From: the human T2T-CHM13v2.0 reference genome, Homo sapiens
Direction: 5' to 3' (one strand)
NCBI RefSeq assembly: GCF_009914755.1
Contig: NC_060931.1
Length of the DNA: 64,000 nucleotides
Numbering within the stretch: position 1 is the stretch's first letter; each line of letters begins with the position of its first letter. The position numbers were made by a program, and so were the translations under genes. Under the pieces are notes generated by a model, which was given only the letters and a program-made list of their open reading frames with translations, did not search any database and was not told the DNA's origin. Of this stretch, positions 40,881 to 55,965 are shown piece by piece.

Positions 40881-42909
40881 GTCTACATGCTTAATCTTCT
40901 TTTTAACTGGCAGTCTCTACCTGACAAAAATTAAAAGTGTTCTCTGGATGCTTAAATTGTGAGTGTTTTTTTCCTACTCTTTTCATCTATATATTTTTCT
41001 TTTCCTATAATGAACCTTTACTATTTTATTATTTGTTATTTGTTATTGAATGTGTTATTTTAAAATGGCAAATATTCAGCAGTTGTATAGTTGCAAATTG
41101 GTCAAACTTAACTACTATCATTTGCTGACTATTTTTGCATCTTATCCTACAGGAAAGCACAATTACATGTTTTACAGCATCTTCAGTACTGAATAAATTA
41201 TGTAATAATTGTCAAACCAAAGTACAACTTGTGTTTTTTGTCATTGATTAACCTCTGGTAGGACTAAGAGATATAACTTAGTATTTTTTTTTATAAGATG
41301 CTAGTATTCTTAGTAACAGTCCATGAACAAAATAATAAGAAATGAGGAAAGTAAGATTTAGCTTTTTTTTCTTTTCCAAATTTCTTGCAAGAGTCCTTTA
41401 TATTGTCTATTGACAGTTTCTCAGTCTATTACCCCCTGCATTAAAAATTCCACCATCATTATTCTGTAAGAGAGCATTGACATTATAAGCCAGTGACCTT
41501 TTTTCAGACATCAATAGTCTCGATGTTTTTTTCTGTGTCATTTGATGTTGTTTATCACCCTCCCCTTCAAATAATCCTCTTCCTTGACATCTTTTGTCTT
41601 GCACTATCCTGGCAATTCTCTTCACCTGTATTTTTATCCACCTCTGCCATGCCAGTTCCTCAGCATCACATGCAGGGTATTCATGACTGCTCCTCTGTAC
41701 CATTACATGTTCTACAGGTTCCCTACTTTCACTTCATGTCTTAGCAACACTGAGCAAATTTTGGTTTGTTGAACAACCATGATCTTACCACTTTTGTGCC
41801 CTTGCTCATGGTTCACACCATTCTAGTACAAATTTTCTCCTTTCCTCCCATGACTAGTGTCTCCTTATTTGTTAAGCCTCTACTGAAATGTTACAGCCTC
41901 CAGAAACATTTCCTTAATTTACTAGAGATACGATTTCTTCCTCTATCAGATCTCCATTTTAGATTTTTATAACATTCTATTTATATTTTGACAGTTGTAT
42001 TCTACTACTTTTATGCCATTTATCTGCATTTATCTGCATTGGGCAATATAAGGGCTTATAATGACTGTATCTTACTTATTTTTTGGAAGTTTGTGTAGCA
42101 ATACTACATTGAACACCACATATGTGCAGTAACAATTAGTCAATATAGATACTTGTTTAAACAAATATTATGAGAATGACATGGTATATGTTTTTGATCA
42201 CGTTGCAATGAGTAAATATGTGTATCATAAAATCACTGGTAAGCACATCTGAAGGAGTCCTTGATTTCCATTTTCAGCCAATATAATAGGGTACAAGTAT
42301 ATAAGAAAATACGGAATTCTTAAGGAAGTTATGCTTTTTACAAATAACTCACAATTTTGGGCATTTTCTTACCATGACAAAACCTGTGTGTGATTATAAC
42401 ATATATAAATGTGCTTTACAATCTGTATCCCATTACTGTATAAAAGTTCAAGTGCTTTAAATTAGGTATCACTCCTGTATTCCATTAATTGGAGATACTG
42501 ATTGTAATATATTTCAGAGATTAACTACACTTTTGGCATTTAAAATGGTGTGAATAATAAGTTATTGCAGCTGGCTTTAATGTTTTTATGTTAACAGAAA
42601 GTTTATAAGCAAAGAGTAATTTGAATGGATAATTTTTGGAGATATTTAATTTATTATGGAGTGTTACCTCGACCTTTGTCTTGAAAAAAAACTTGTGCAT
42701 TTCATTTATCATAATTAATCAAATCTAAGCTATCACCTGTCTTAATTTGGGATACTCCCAATTGCAGAGATGTTAAAATGTGAAAGAATCTGCATATTAG
42801 AACTGATGAAACATGGTATTTAGGCAACATTAAGTAATTATTGAAAACATTAATCAATTAGTTAACCACTTGTTGATTACTACTACTGCTTCAATACTTT
42901 TGTAATAAA

Positions 42910-43235
42910 CAGTTGGCCCTCTGTATCTGTGGGTTCAACCAACCATGGATCAAAAATATTTAAAAAATGCATTGCATCTGTATCAACCATGCACAGAGTT
43001 TTTTCTTCTCATTATTTTCCAAACAATGCAGTGTAACAACTACGTAGATAACATTTACATTGCATTTGGTATTATAAGTAATCTAGAGATGATGCAAAGC
43101 AAATAGAAGAATGTGCATATGTTATATACAAATACTACAAAATTTTACACAAGGGACTTGAGCATCCATGAATTTTTGTGTCCACAGGATACAAAATATC
43201 CTGGAAAAATATTCCCCATGGATAACAAAATATTA
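42910..43235. mobile_element. MER2 (Tigger) MITE
   Basis: cagttggccctctgtatctgtgggttc... and 'gggacttgagcatcc...ccccatggata'. Confidence 0.85.
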
Positions 43236-45732
43236 CTATGTAATTTTTTATAAGTACATGTATATTTTGTTAAGATAAACACATTCAGATTAACTTTAAT
43301 GAAGATTAATTTATTGAATAATATTCTCATATACTAAATTTTAAAAATAGTATGATGTGTTGCATAAATGTTAGAAGTTACTTTTTAAGCTATTTTGTTT
43401 AAAGTTTTTTAAAGATACCATGTAATTTTAAAGTTGGGCAATTAAGATAAATTAGTCAATAAGAAAGTAATTTGTTCTGTATTGGTCCAAAATGGTTATT
43501 AAGCAATAAAATCTAATAAATATTAGAGGAATATCTTCTTATGCCTTTGATCTCCAGTTCCTAGGTACACACACATTTCCAAAGCTTAGAAGTCTTTGTG
43601 AAACTGGGGAATAAAAGGGAAAACAGATGCCGTTTATTAAAACTGTATGTTCAATGTTGAATCCTTAGGAAGAAAAAGGTTTAGCTACATGAAATGGTGA
43701 CAGAGCTAACATATAGTCAAGATTGAAGAGCTGATAATAAAAGCTGGAAGAACCTCATTACTTTTGCGTTCTTGCATTAATATTTTCTGTTTACATTTTT
43801 ATACGCAACCAGATTTAGAAACATGAATTGCCAAGATTATAAATTTAATACATTTGTAGTTTTAAAAATACATACCATCCTGATATATCAATCTATGGAT
43901 AACAAAATCTCTGTTTAAATAGAGTTGGATTCTGTATATTTTCTTCATAGCTTTGGTGAAAGCAGTAAATCTAAAAATAATAAAAGACAGGGAAATCAGT
44001 CTTAGAAATATGATCATTAAGTACTTTTACAAAAATATTTTGAGGCTTTAAAAGTTCGGTTTTCGAATGTTTGTATACATTTTGATACCTCATTTTGAAA
44101 AGTTTTAAAAAACTGTGCTAAGACCATTTAAGCTTTTCTCTGCAAATAGTCTTGAATATTTCCATTACAATGATTCCTGCTGGGTGGGAATTAACCCACA
44201 TTTAGATTATTGAAGAGTGCACTTTTCATTAGTTGTATTATCTCTTGATTCTTCTGCTTAAACGGAATTGGATTTTGCACCTTTTCTTTACAGCTTCAGT
44301 GAGAACAGTAAATTACCTCTTCAAGATGTTTCAGTGAGGGCCAAATGTTCCATTATATCCCAGGGGATTAATAAGAAACTCTGCATTCACAGCTGTCTGT
44401 ATTATAAGTCATTGGATCTAATAAATATTGCTGTACTGTATATCCATTATAAAGGTGATTTTTCAGCTAAGCTGTCATAATATTATAATATGATTATCCT
44501 ATATTCAATGATCAAATTATCAGTTTGATTTTTTTGAAATTACAAATTAGGCTAATTGTTGAAGTAACATACCTTTTAAAATGTATTTAAATGATAAATC
44601 TATCCCAACTTTCATGTACATAATTTATTTTAGAAATTATAACTAATGTTACTGTATTTTTACTGGTTTGTGTGTATGGGTATATATACTCATATGATTA
44701 ATGTATATCACTGATGTATTAAGAGAGCAAAATATGTAGCTTATTTGGTGACAGAGTATGCCAGAAAAGGAGAGAACATTTCAATTTGGTCTTTAATCTC
44801 TTTGCTTTAATCCATATTTTAACCCACTTAATCCATTTGTTTAGTGTATATGGCAAGTGAAAACATAAGAAAAGTTTTATATCTCATGTCTTAATTCATT
44901 CTGTAATCTGCCAACCATTCCAGACTATTATCCAGTAGGCAGAGGCAGGGACAAATCTCAATCAAAGCTTCAGGAATGTAGAGTCAGGAGAGTTGTGTTG
45001 TGACTTCAGTGTTATACTTTATCACTGTGTAACTTTGGAAGTGCCACATCTCAACAGACTTCAGTCTTCTCAACCTTCATATTAGAACAATAAACCAGTG
45101 ATCACTACTATTGCTTAAGTATAAAATATTTTTATAACTCAATGCAGATCCTTTATTATCACTGAAAAATCAAAGGTGTATCCTTTTAGAAAATAAATGT
45201 TACCCATCTTTACTTATTGAGGTCAGTATGTTTGCACTTCATTTTCAAACATAATCTACTCAGTTCCCAAATTTTCTTCTGGAAAGGTATATACATCTTA
45301 TGAAAGTAACATTGGGAGTAATTGAAACTATTATAACCAGGAAATTCTAAATATGGTCATGTTTAATCCCAAGATTTGGAACCACCCAAAAATAATTTTC
45401 TAATAACATAATCCCCAATTATGCCAATAGAAAATAAGAGACTATCCACCATTATCTTGAGTTCAAGATTAGTGCAACCATATTTTTAAAGAATATTTAT
45501 GAAAGATGAGAGAGCAACATTTAAGGATAAGTAAAACCTCCAAAAAGTAAGTATTCACTAATCAAATTAGATAAAATTTTGAAAAGATTTGGATATCTTT
45601 GAAGTTCAGTTAGAGACCTAATTTCGTGCATGCAGAAGTCCACTGGTAGACTAGGTTAACCGGTAACAAAGAGGTAAGGCTTTAAAAGCCTTCTGTTCCT
45701 TCCCATTCAAAAAAGTGTATTAAAAATTCTTA

Positions 45733-46102
<370 letters not shown>

Positions 46103-46426
46103 CTAATTTTTCTTCTCAAATAATTAACTTCTGAGCTGTCTGCCTTGAATACTTTATTCTCTTCTCTTGGCTAATCTTACTCTTCCTTCAAAACTCTATG
46201 TACTCCACCATTATAATCCTTTAATATACAATTTAGTCCATAACATAACTTATTTGCATTTTTGAGTATTTGTTTCACTGACAAGACAGACATAATATCT
46301 ACTTGGGAGTAAAAACGTATTTTGTCGATCCCTATTTTTTCAACCACTTGGCACTATACTAGGCACATAAATAAATAATAAATATTTGATAAATTTAAAC
46401 AAATGAAGTAAAGATATATGGTTACC

Positions 46427-47345
46427 ATACTAGGAATTGCTTATTATCTTCCAATATCCACTTCACTTTATCCTTTAGTACAGAATAACTTGAAGTTTTG
46501 TTATGCAAGTAATTACCAAGCTGAAGACGTTCCCAGACTCATAGTAACTAAGTGTGTCCACATGACTAAGTTCTGGCCAATGACATATGAACAGTAAAGC
46601 TATAACTTCTGGATTCAGCCCTTAAAATAAAAGAACATGTCCTCCCCTTGCCCATTTTATCTTCCCAGTGGCTGAGATCTCTATGTGGTAGTGAGAGCTG
46701 TCAAAGCCTTTTTGGAACAGAACATTTTGAGGATGGTAGAGCAAAAAGGGGAAGGACCTGAGCTTGTTGATACTGTGCAGTTGGTATCAGGTATGGGCTA
46801 CTTCCCTCAGATTTTGAAAGGAAAGACAAATGTATTTTCCTTAAGCTATTGTGTTCGTCTATTTTGTGCTGCTGCAACAGAATATCTAGGACTGGCTAAT
46901 TTATAGTGAACAGAAATTTATTTGGCTCATGGTTCTGGAGACTGGGAAGTCCAAGATTGAAGGCTCACATTGGGCAAGGCCTTCTTGCTGCATTATCTCA
47001 TGGTGGAAGGGCAGCAGGGCAAGAAAGGATGAGAGAAGGTGAGAGGGAGAAACAGAGGGAGAGAGACAGAGACAGAGGGAGAGAGACAGAGACAGAGAGA
47101 GAGAGCGAGAGGCAAACTCATTATTTTATCAGAAACCCACCCCTGATATAACAAAACCACTCCTACAATGATGGTATAAATTCATCTCATGACCTAATCA
47201 CCACTTAAAGGTCTCACCTCAACACAATTGCACTTGGGATTAAGTTACCAACACATAAGCTTTGGAAGACACATTTAAACCTTAGCCACTATTATAATAT
47301 CTGCATTGTTTTTATGGTAGCGGAAACCTATATCCTAATGAATAC
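46427..47345 (+). mobile_element. MLT1J-like LTR split by a nested MST
   Basis: 'catgactaagttctggccaatga' MLT1 motif; the sequence resumes after 47287. Confidence 0.65.
46850..47287 (-). mobile_element. MST (C/D-like) MaLR LTR with expanded GA repeat
   Basis: 'aatttatttggctcatggttctggagactgggaagtccaag'; TSD gctat/actat. Confidence 0.82.
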
Positions 47346-48549
47346 TTTATGTTGGGCAATATTTCAAACCTTGTTATAAACAATTACTATATACAAAGAA
47401 ATGCAATATGGATATTGGATTGTTTAAAGGAAAACGTGGCAATAGGAAAATAACTTTCTAAAACACAAAGCAAAATATGTTTCAAAGGAAGTGTGGCAGA
47501 ATTTTAGAAAATTTTGAGGATAGTCCAAATGTTCCTGAGTTTTGGCTCTTTTTTGTTAATGATCTGCGTAAGTGATCTGGACATGGAGACCAGCTGCAAC
47601 GATGTTTAATTAGATGATATGCAAAGATGAAGGCTGTAGTAGTAAATGCAAAGGCAAAGTGAATAAGGGGTTAGAGTCTTGGTGGTAGAAAAATTACTTC
47701 ATGCATGTGGGAAAAGACTAAACAAAAAAGAACAAGATTTAAAATAAACCTGGATTTAAAATACAAATGAAACAAATTTTAAAAATTATTGAACTATCTT
47801 CTTAAATTTAAATAATCAATATATTGAAATTATATTATCTCATATATTACAAAATAAAGCTACTGTGGTATAATTAATAAATTATTATTTTTGCATGTGC
47901 ATATCTCTTTGAGAATATGCTGATTTGACTGGCAGATGTTACACTGGTATGTAAGATAATTTCACTAATGGATATAACATTTTGACCATATTTAGAAAAG
48001 GGAATGTTTTGTGAAAAACTTGACACAAGACACCAACACAATGGGAAAATCTGAATGAGTTGTAGCTATCAGGTAGCATTCTTTTTCAGTGTTTGTTTTA
48101 AATAATAAGATGTATGAGGGAAGAAGATTTGGGTTCCTATAATTGATTGCTTTGATAATTGTGCTAAAGTCCTTTTAATGTTGTTTACTTCTAAATATGT
48201 TTCAATATCATTTTTCCAGAAATAACATGGAATGCTTTTCATTATTTGAGCATTAACAAATGTCAATACTTTCATAATATCTCTACTTTTGTCTCTACCC
48301 AGGACCTCCCAAATATCTAGTTCTTAAATGGTGTGTTTATGACAATAAATGGTGTGTATTAGTTTATTTTCTAAGTTCATATGCTGAGATTCTATGAATC
48401 TGTTTGAAGCAAACATTACTGAGGTGCCTAAATATATGCTATAAATGCATCTCACTCTAATTGCTGTAACAAGTTTAAAGTGTTTAACATCTAGAGTTGC
48501 TAGAAACACACTTCTCACTGGAGCAAACTTTTATCCTGCCAGCCACCAC

Positions 48550-48732
48550 TAAGGTTGCCAGGGTTAGCAAAAAAAAGGACACACATCTAAACTTGATTTT
48601 CACATAAACAATGAATAACTTAAAATCCTAAGTATATCCCATGCAGTATTTTCCCCATATATTTTTAAAATATTTGATTTTATCTAAAATTCAAATTTAG
48701 CTAGAAATCCTGTATTGTATCTGGCAACAGTA
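48550..48732. mobile_element. MER53 palindromic hAT MITE
   Basis: TIRs t..ggttgccag / ctggcaac..ta with internal dyad symmetry. Confidence 0.75.
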
Positions 48733-49568
48733 TCACTCATCCCACAAAGGCATGATCATGAAAGAGTTTGCCCACAGGAACTTTCAGGTGAAGGGGGACC
48801 AAGGACTGATTCCAAATGGCAGTCCATAGTGCGTCAATCTGAAATAAGAGATTAAATACTCATTGGAAGAACAACTCTTATTAGGCTTTTGGCTTCTGGG
48901 TTCAGACTAAATATTTGTTCCAACTCTTCTGAAAATAATTTTAAGAGGTTTTTTTAAAGGGATCAAAAGGTGTATCAGAAAGCAAGGAACTACTGAATCT
49001 CTTAAGATCAGATAGAGAGTTCAATGTCACCAGAGGTTAAGACCCAACCGTTTTACTGCCCTGCTGTTCCTCTACCCTTCCCCGCAACCCCATCTCCATT
49101 CCTCTGCTTTTGAGGAGGTTGGGGGCTGTGGGGAGAAGGAGCTACCAATGTATAGTGGGTGTAACTACTGTCTGCATACTCACAGGCTAGAAGGACATGA
49201 ATTAGAGTCAGCTACTAGCAAGACGAGGGCTCCTGGTGAAACACGCTTTATACGCTGAAGAGTGTGAATTGGGAAGTCGGAATATGGTAAAAACCCGTTC
49301 AGCCTTGGTCCTAGGCCGCTAGCCCCCTCTGGTGCCTCACAAAAGAAAACAAAAATCCTCTAAAGAAACATTTATTTTCATCCTCGAACTGTGTCTCAAA
49401 GTAATTTTTCAAACACTAGCTAGCAAGCAATCAAATATAACAACCACCATAAAGAAGACACAAGCCAGGATCAGCAAATACAGTAGAAAACAGAAACACA
49501 CCTCCAATAATTCCAGATATTGCAATTACATTATTAGATACAGGTTGTATACAACAACAAAAACCTAT

Positions 49569-49850
49569 GCTTTCCATTGAATATTGTGAATAGTGCTGCA
49601 GTATATACAACAGAATACTATTTATTGATGAAAGAGAACAAAATCCTGTCACTTGCAACAACATGGATGTACCTGGAGGACCTTGTGATAGGTGAAATAA
49701 GCCTGGCACAAAAAGACAAATGCAACATGATCTCGCTCATAAATGAAGTCTAAAAAAGTTGATCTCCTCAAATTAGAAAATAGAATGGTGGTTACCAGAG
49801 GCTAGAGTAGTTAGTGGGGAGGAAGGAATGGGGAGATAATGGTCAAAAGA
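49569..49850 (+). mobile_element. L1MA/MB 3' fragment with a short inverted 5' piece
   Basis: Sense 'aaatcctgtcacttgcaacaacatggatg'; antisense 'attgtgaatagtgctgca' at ~49583-49600. Confidence 0.7.
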
Positions 49851-51294
49851 TTGTTTGACCAACATCTAAACATTTTACTTTACAATCTCCTAATGTAAAG
49901 CGATGTTGAGAACATTTTCATCAAACTTATTTGTCATCTCTATATTACCTTTGGTGACATGTCTGCTCAGATTTTTTTAATTTAAATTAATAGATTTTGT
50001 ATATTCTTTAATTGGGTTGTTTACTTATTGTTGAGTTTTAAGTGTTATTTATATATTTTGAATACAATAACTTTATCAAACATGTATTTTTTTCCCAGTC
50101 TGTGGGTTATTCTTTCCTTTCCTTAACAATGTCTTTTATAGGTAAATTTTAATTTTAATCCAGTCCAGTTTGTAAATTTCTTTTCATAGACCATGTTTTT
50201 GGTATGGTGCCTATAAATGTATCAACATACTTAAGGTCATCTAGATTTTCTCTTGTATTTCTTTTAGAACTTATACTTCTGTGGGATTTTTTTGTTTTCA
50301 TTTTTGCCTGTTTTTTTTTTTTTTGTATATGAATGTCAACTTATTCCAGTACTATTTGTTGACAAAAAGTATCTTTTTTTAAAAAAATTGCTTTTTCTCG
50401 TTTGTCCAAAATGAATTGACTATACTTCTGCAGGTCTATTTCTGGGTTCTTTATTCTTTTTCTTTGAACTATGGGTCTATTTTCTCACCATCAGTACTGT
50501 GCTGTCTTGTAGTACCTTTATAGTAAGTCTTCAAGTTGCATGGTGTGAGTCCTGCAGTTTTGTTCTTCTTCAGTATTTTCTTGGCTATTCAGGCTCTTTC
50601 ATCTTCCAAATGAACTCTACAATCAGTTAGTCAATATTTATAAAATAGCTATAAATGTCAAATAGCTCCAGTTGACTGATAGTGCTGATTAGGTTAACTG
50701 TGTCCTTACTGATTATCTGCCTGCTTGAACTATCAATTATTTAAAAGGAAGCTTGAATACTCTATAATAGTAATTTTTCCTATGTCTCCTTTTAGTTATA
50801 TAAATTTTGCCTGACATATTTTGACACTCTTTCATTAGCTATATACATGATAAAGACAACTATGCCAACTTGTAGAATTGATGCATCATTACATGATGCC
50901 CCTCCTAATCCATGATAATATTTCTTGTTCTGAAGTGTTCTCTGTCTAAAATTAATATAGCTACTCAAGCTTCCTTTAGATTAGTGTTAGCATATCATGT
51001 CTTTCTCCACACATCTATTATTGAAATAGCAGTCTTTATATTTAAAGTGGGTTTCTTGTAGACAACATATAACTGGGTCTTGTTTTTTATCCACTCCGAT
51101 AATCATTGTCTTTAATTGGTAGATTTATACCTTTCATATTTAAAGTGATTATTAATTATTTAGATTTATATCAATCATGTTTGTAACTGTTTTCTATTTA
51201 TTGCATTTGTTTTTTGTTCATTTTTCCTGCCTCCTCTGCCTTTAATTGAGCATTTCATAAAATTCGATTTTATCTCCTCTCTTAGAATATTAGT

Positions 51295-51717
51295 TGTCTT
51301 AGTCTGCTTGTGTTGCTAAAGGAATACCTGAAGCTGGGTAATTTATAAAGAAAATAGGTTTATCTGGCTCATGGCCCTGCAGGCTGTATAAGAAGCAAGT
51401 CACCAGCATCTGCTTCTGATGAAACCCTCAGACTGCTTGCACTCATGACAAAAGGGGAGGGAAGCCACCATGTACAGAGATCACAGAGTGAGAGAGAAGA
51501 AACCAGGAGAGGGGATTTCCAGGCCTTTTAAAACAACCAGCTCTTATGGGAACTAACAGAATAAGAATTCATTCATACCCCCAGCAATAAAGAGCATTAA
51601 TATATTCATGAGAAACTCACCCCTATGACCCAAATACCTCCCACTAGATCCCACCTCCAACACTGGGGATCAAATTTCAACATGAGGTTTGGAGGTTCAA
51701 GTATCTGAACTATAGCA
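51295..51717 (-). mobile_element. MSTB-like MaLR solo LTR
   Basis: tgtcttagtctg...aactatagca; TSD ttagt/tcagt. Confidence 0.88.
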
Positions 51718-51960
51718 TCAGTTATACTTCTTTTAAAAATATCTTTATGATTGCCCTAGAGTTTGCACTATACATTTTTAACTAATCTAAGTTCACCTTC
51801 AAATAACACTATACCACTTCACGTATAGTGCATGTACCTTATATTAGAGCATTTCAAATTCCCTTTTCTTATTCCTTATGACATTGCTGAATTCATTTTA
51901 TTTATCTATGTGCTGTAATCACACTATATATAATTACTATTATCAATGTAAACAGTTCTA

Positions 51961-52094
51961 ATTTTTTTCTTTCCAACTTTTATTTTGGGTTCAGAGTTAC
52001 ATGTGCGGGTTTGCTACATAGGAAAATTGGTTATTACAAGTGTTTGGTGTACAGATTATTTAATCACCCATGTAATTAGCATACCTAGTAGGAA
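51961..52094 (-). mobile_element. Very short 5'-truncated L1PA 3' end
   Basis: L1PA 3' UTR text; TSD taaacagtt(c/a)ta at 51949-51960 and 52095-52106. Confidence 0.8.
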
Positions 52095-53019
52095 TAAACA
52101 GTTATATTTTAAAGTGAGAATAAGAAAAATGAAGCATTTTATCTTCATTTATTCTTTCTCTGAAAATCTTCCTTTCTTTATTTAGATGAAAATTTATGCC
52201 TATATCACTTTCCTTCTCTTTGAAATACTTCTTTCAACATTTCTTGTAAGGGATATGCTATTGACAAATTCCCGGTTTTTATTTTTTCTAAGAATATCTT
52301 CATTTTTCTTCACTTTCAAAAAATAATTTTATTTCATATATAATTCTAGGTTGGCGGGTTTCATTTTTTAATCCTTTAAACATTTCCCTCCACTTTCTTC
52401 TAGCTTGCATGCTTTTTGGTGAAAAGTCTGCTGTAATTCTTATGCTTGTTCTTATACAGATAATGTGTTTTTTTCCATCTGGCTTCCTTTAGGATTATCT
52501 CTTTGTCTTTCATTTTCTGCAATTAAAACATAATATGCCCAGGTGTAGTTTTTGTTTTTTAAGTGTATTTATGCTTATAGATGTTTTCCAAGCTTCTTGG
52601 ATCTCTGGTTGTGTGCTTTTAACTATTCTTAGAAAGTTTTTGGCCATTATTACTTTACATATTTATTTTATTTCTTTGTTCTCTCTTCTCCTTCGGGATT
52701 TTCCATTACACAAATATTTATCTTTTGAAATTGTACCACAGTTCTGGTTCTTTTCTGTGTTTTTATTCTTTTTTCCATTTTAATTTGGGGAGTTTTTATT
52801 GATATGTCTTCAAACTTACTGATTCTTTCCTTGATCATGTTCAGTCTACTGATAAATTCATTGAAGACACTCTTAATTTCTGTTACAGCTTTTTTGTTTC
52901 TAGCATTTCCTTTGATTCTAAAAGTCTCCATCTTTCTACTTACATTACTTTTCTATGCTTGCATTTGTTGCATTTGGCCTCCTTTTTCTATTAAGGCCCT
53001 TAACTATTGATCAAAATTT

Positions 53020-55965
53020 TTAAAAAGTGTGTTTTATTTTTAGAGCAGTTTTAGGTTCACATCAATATAGAGAAAAAGATACAGAGATTTCCCTATACCC
53101 TTGTCCCCATATACACATAACATCCTTCACTATTAAACTCCCACACATGAGTGGTACATGTTACAATCAGTGAACCTACTTTGACATATCACCACTCAAC
53201 TTCCATAGTTTACATTACTACTTTCTTGGTACTGTACATTCTATAGGTTTGGACAAATTTATAATGACAGGTATCCAGCATTATAATATCATATAGGATA
53301 GTTTCAGTGCTCTAAAAATCTTCTGTGTCTTGCCTATATCCTACTGCCTAATATCTGGTAGGCATTGATCCTTTCACTGTCTTTATGGTTTTGCCTTTTC
53401 CAGAATCCAGTATGCAGAGTTTTCAGATCGGCTTTTTTATTTTTACTTAGTAATATGTGTTTAGGTTTCTTCATGTCTCTTGGCTTAATAGCTTATTTCT
53501 TTTTAGTGCTGAATAGTATTTCATTATCTGGATGTACCTTATTCATTTATTCATTCATCTACTGAAGGAAATCTTGATTGCTTCCAAGTTTTGGCAATTA
53601 TGAATAAGCTACTATAAAACTCATGTGCAGGTTTTTGTGTGGACGTAAGTTTTCACCTCATTTTTATAAATATCAAAAAGTACAATTGCTGGATCATATG
53701 GTAAGAGTGCATTCAGTTTTGCAAGAAACTACGAAACTTTCTTCCAAAGTAGCTGTACTATTTTGCATTTCTACCATCAGTCAATGAGAATCCCTTTTAT
53801 TCCACATTCTCACTAGCATTTGATGTTGTTAGTGTTTTTGATTTTGGCTATACTAATAGGTGTGTTGGGTTATCCTGATTTAATTTGCAGTTCCCTAAGG
53901 ATATCTCATGTTGAGCATCTTTTCATATGCTTATATGCCATCTGTATATCTACTTTGGTGACACACCTATTCAAGTCTTTCATCCATTTTTATTTGTTAT
54001 CTTATTTTTGAGTTTTGAAAGTTCTTTATATTTTTGATAACACTCCTTTATCAGATAAGTCTTTTGCAATATTTTCTTCCATTTTGTGGTTCATCTTCTC
54101 ATTCTTTGGGCAACATTTTTGTACAGCAGAAATCTTGAATTTTAAGAGAGTCTCACTAATTAATTTTTTCTTTAATGGATTGTACCTTTGGTGTCAAATC
54201 TGAAAGGTCATTGCCATACTCAAAGTCATCAAGGTTTTCTTCACTGTTATCTTCTAGGTGTGATAGGTTTGCCTTTTTCATTTAGGGCTATGATTCATTT
54301 TGAGTAAATTTTTTAAGCCTGTAAAATCTTTGTCTAGATTAATTTTTTCACATGTAGATGTTTGATTGTTCCAGCAATATTTCTGAAAAGACTACATTTT
54401 CTCCATTATATTGCTTTTGCTACTTTGTCAAAGGTCAGTTGACTACATTATGTTTGTCTTTTTCTGGGCTCTCTATTTTGTTCCATTGATCGATTTGTCT
54501 GTTATTTTGCCAATTTCACACTGTCTTGATATTGTAGTTTTTATAGTAAGCCTTAAAGACAGGTGGAAGCAGTCCCCCAATTTTACTCTTCTTCTTCAAT
54601 ATTGTGTTGTCTATTGTGGTTTCTTTTGCATTCCTATATGAATTGAAAATCATTTTGTTGTTATCCATAGAATACCTTGCTTGGATTTTGACTGGGATTA
54701 TGTTGTATCTATAAATCAAGTCAGGAAAAACAGATATCTTGGCTATATTGAGTCTTCCTATCTATAAAAATGAAATCTCTCTTCATTTATTTAGTTCTCT
54801 TTGATTTCAGTCATCAGAGTTTTTGTACTTTTCTTCATGTAGATCTTCTGTATATTTGTTAGACTTATACATATATGTTTTATTTTGGGGGGTTCTAATA
54901 TAAGAGGTGGTATCATAACACTTAAAATTTAACAAATTATTGGTATATAGAAAAGTGTTTGATATTTATATTTAATTTAGTATCCTGCAAATTAGGTTAT
55001 TTGCAATTTTTTATTGATTCTTTGGAATTGTACATGTTGATGAACATGTGATCTGTGAACAAAAACAGTTTTTTTCTTCCATCTTAATCAGTATACCTTT
55101 CATTTTATTTTCTTGTATTATTGAATTAGCTATGCCTTCCTGTACAATGTTGGAAAGGAGGGGTGAGAGGGTACATCTTCATCTTATTCCTAATGTTATC
55201 AGTAAAGCTCCTAGTTTCTCATCATTAAGTACAATGTTAGTTGTCAGGATTTTTTTTCCTAGATTTTTTAAATTATGTTGAGAAAATAACCTGCTGTATT
55301 CCTACTTTGCTGAGAAATATCACGAGTGGGTGTTGGATTTGGTCAGTTGCTTTTTTGCATCTATTCATATAATCTTGTGAGTTTTTTCTACCCTGTAGAT
55401 GTGCTAAATTTTATTAACTAATTATTAAATGTTGAACCAGCCTTGCATACCTGGGTCAAGATGTATAATTTTTTATACAGTCTTGGACTTTTTATACAGT
55501 CTTGGTATCTGATATTTTGTTGAGGATTTTTGCATCTCTGTTCATGAAAATAATGGTGTATTGTTTTCTTGTAATGTCTTTGGTTTTGGTATTAAAGTAA
55601 TATAGTCCTCACTGAATGAGTTAAAAAGTATTCTCTCTTCCAGTATCTTCTGAAAAAGATTATAAGAGTTGGTATAATTTCTTCCTTAAACATCTTGTAG
55701 AAGTCACCACTGCTTCCATCTGGGTCTAGTGTTTTTGTTTTCGGAAGGTAATTAATTATTTCTTCAATTTCTTTAATAAATACATGTTATTCAAACTGTC
55801 TATCTCCCATTGTATGAGTTTTGGCAGATTGTGTCCTTCAAATAATTGGTCAATACTATCTAGAGTATCAAATTTGTGGACACAGTGTTGTTCATAGTAT
55901 TTTTGTATTATATTTTAATGTCCATGGGATCTGTAGTGATGTCTGCTCTTTCATTTCTGATAATA
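53020..55965 (-). mobile_element. L1MC/MD-like element nested in the older L1
   Basis: 3' end 'tttttagagcagttttaggttcaca' followed by antisense ORF2 remnants. Confidence 0.75.

Noticed and set aside
37560-45680. Isolated plus-strand splice-like sites (donors ~37621 and ~45674; acceptors ~41151 and ~44293)
   Set aside because: I could not pair them into open exons. Such motifs are frequent by chance.
48550-48732. Long imperfect palindrome
   Set aside because: Explained by the MER53 MITE.
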